64,000 nucleotides of DNA, taken from contig OZ252239.1 of NCBI GenBank assembly GCA_965249485.1, positions 2,976,001 through 3,040,000 of the forward strand, written 5' to 3'. Of this stretch, positions 63,713 through 64,000 are shown one piece after another. Numbering within the stretch: position 1 is the stretch's first letter; each line of letters opens with the position of its first letter. Position numbers and translations under genes: made by a program. Source of the stretch: a bacterium (lineage in GTDB: Bacteria; SM23-31). The notes below the pieces were generated by a model. That model was not told the DNA's origin. It saw only the letters and a program-made list of their open reading frames with translations, and searched no databases.

Positions 63713-64000
63713 TTATACGACTTCGTTATAAGTCCGTATTGAGACAAGCGTCTGGTTCAAAATATACTGATCAATCTGACTCATCAACTTTTCAGTTCTT
63801 TTCTCCTGAAGCCGCTTAACTTCCTCTATATCGCTGGATTCCTCGAGGAAATAGACTTCCGTCATCAAATTTGGCTGAGATGGATCTTCATAAACAGAGT
63901 ATTTTTGCTTGGACGATTTTTGAATCTACTTTTTGACCTTCTTCATGAGTGTTAAATACTCGCTCCTCTTGTCGAGGGCAATCTCGTAACTGACGGAAAA
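63713..64000 (-). pseudogene. Hypothetical protein (3' part) with in-frame TAG at 63926-63928
   Basis: Manual translation FSVSYEIALDKRSEYLTLMKKVKK*IQKSSKQKYSVYEDPSQPNLMTEVYF...RTYNEVV*; start lies outside the window. Confidence 0.6.

Overview
AT-rich (roughly 40% GC by eye) bacterial chromosomal window, probably from an FCB-group lineage such as KSB1/Calditrichota/Ignavibacteria relatives. That placement is inferred from gene order and the FliK tail GYNTMELVV, not verified. Positions 1-21.3 kb hold a minus-strand flagellar basal-body/hook/motor cluster: PAS kinase, sigma54 activator, flgB-flgC-[hidden ORF]-fliEFGHIJ-motE-like-fliK-flgD-TIGR02530-flgE-flbD-motAB-fliL-fliM. It has three sigma54 promoters, candidate enhancer palindromes, a candidate sigma28-driven small RNA and a two-hairpin structured leader between the TIGR02530 gene and flgE. 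Positions 21-29 kb hold transporters, decayed peptidase genes and a tRNA-fMet with a duplicated 3' end (integration scar). Positions 29-64 kb hold peptidases, xdhC, a lexA-SRPBCC-small ImuB-C-like-dinB cassette, a degenerate class III cyclase, CIRCE-groES-groEL, rsbW, ftsB, pepP, glycosylasparaginase, gcvPB/PA/H, accC/accB and ligA. Single nonsense or frameshift lesions fall in motility, signalling and accessory genes (fliH, fliI, the hidden flagellar ORF, HD-GYP, acetamidase, S9 peptidase, the terminal hypothetical) while housekeeping genes are intact, which suggests early pseudogenisation. The best candidate for an undescribed system is the TIGR02530 protein plus the structured flgE leader RNA.
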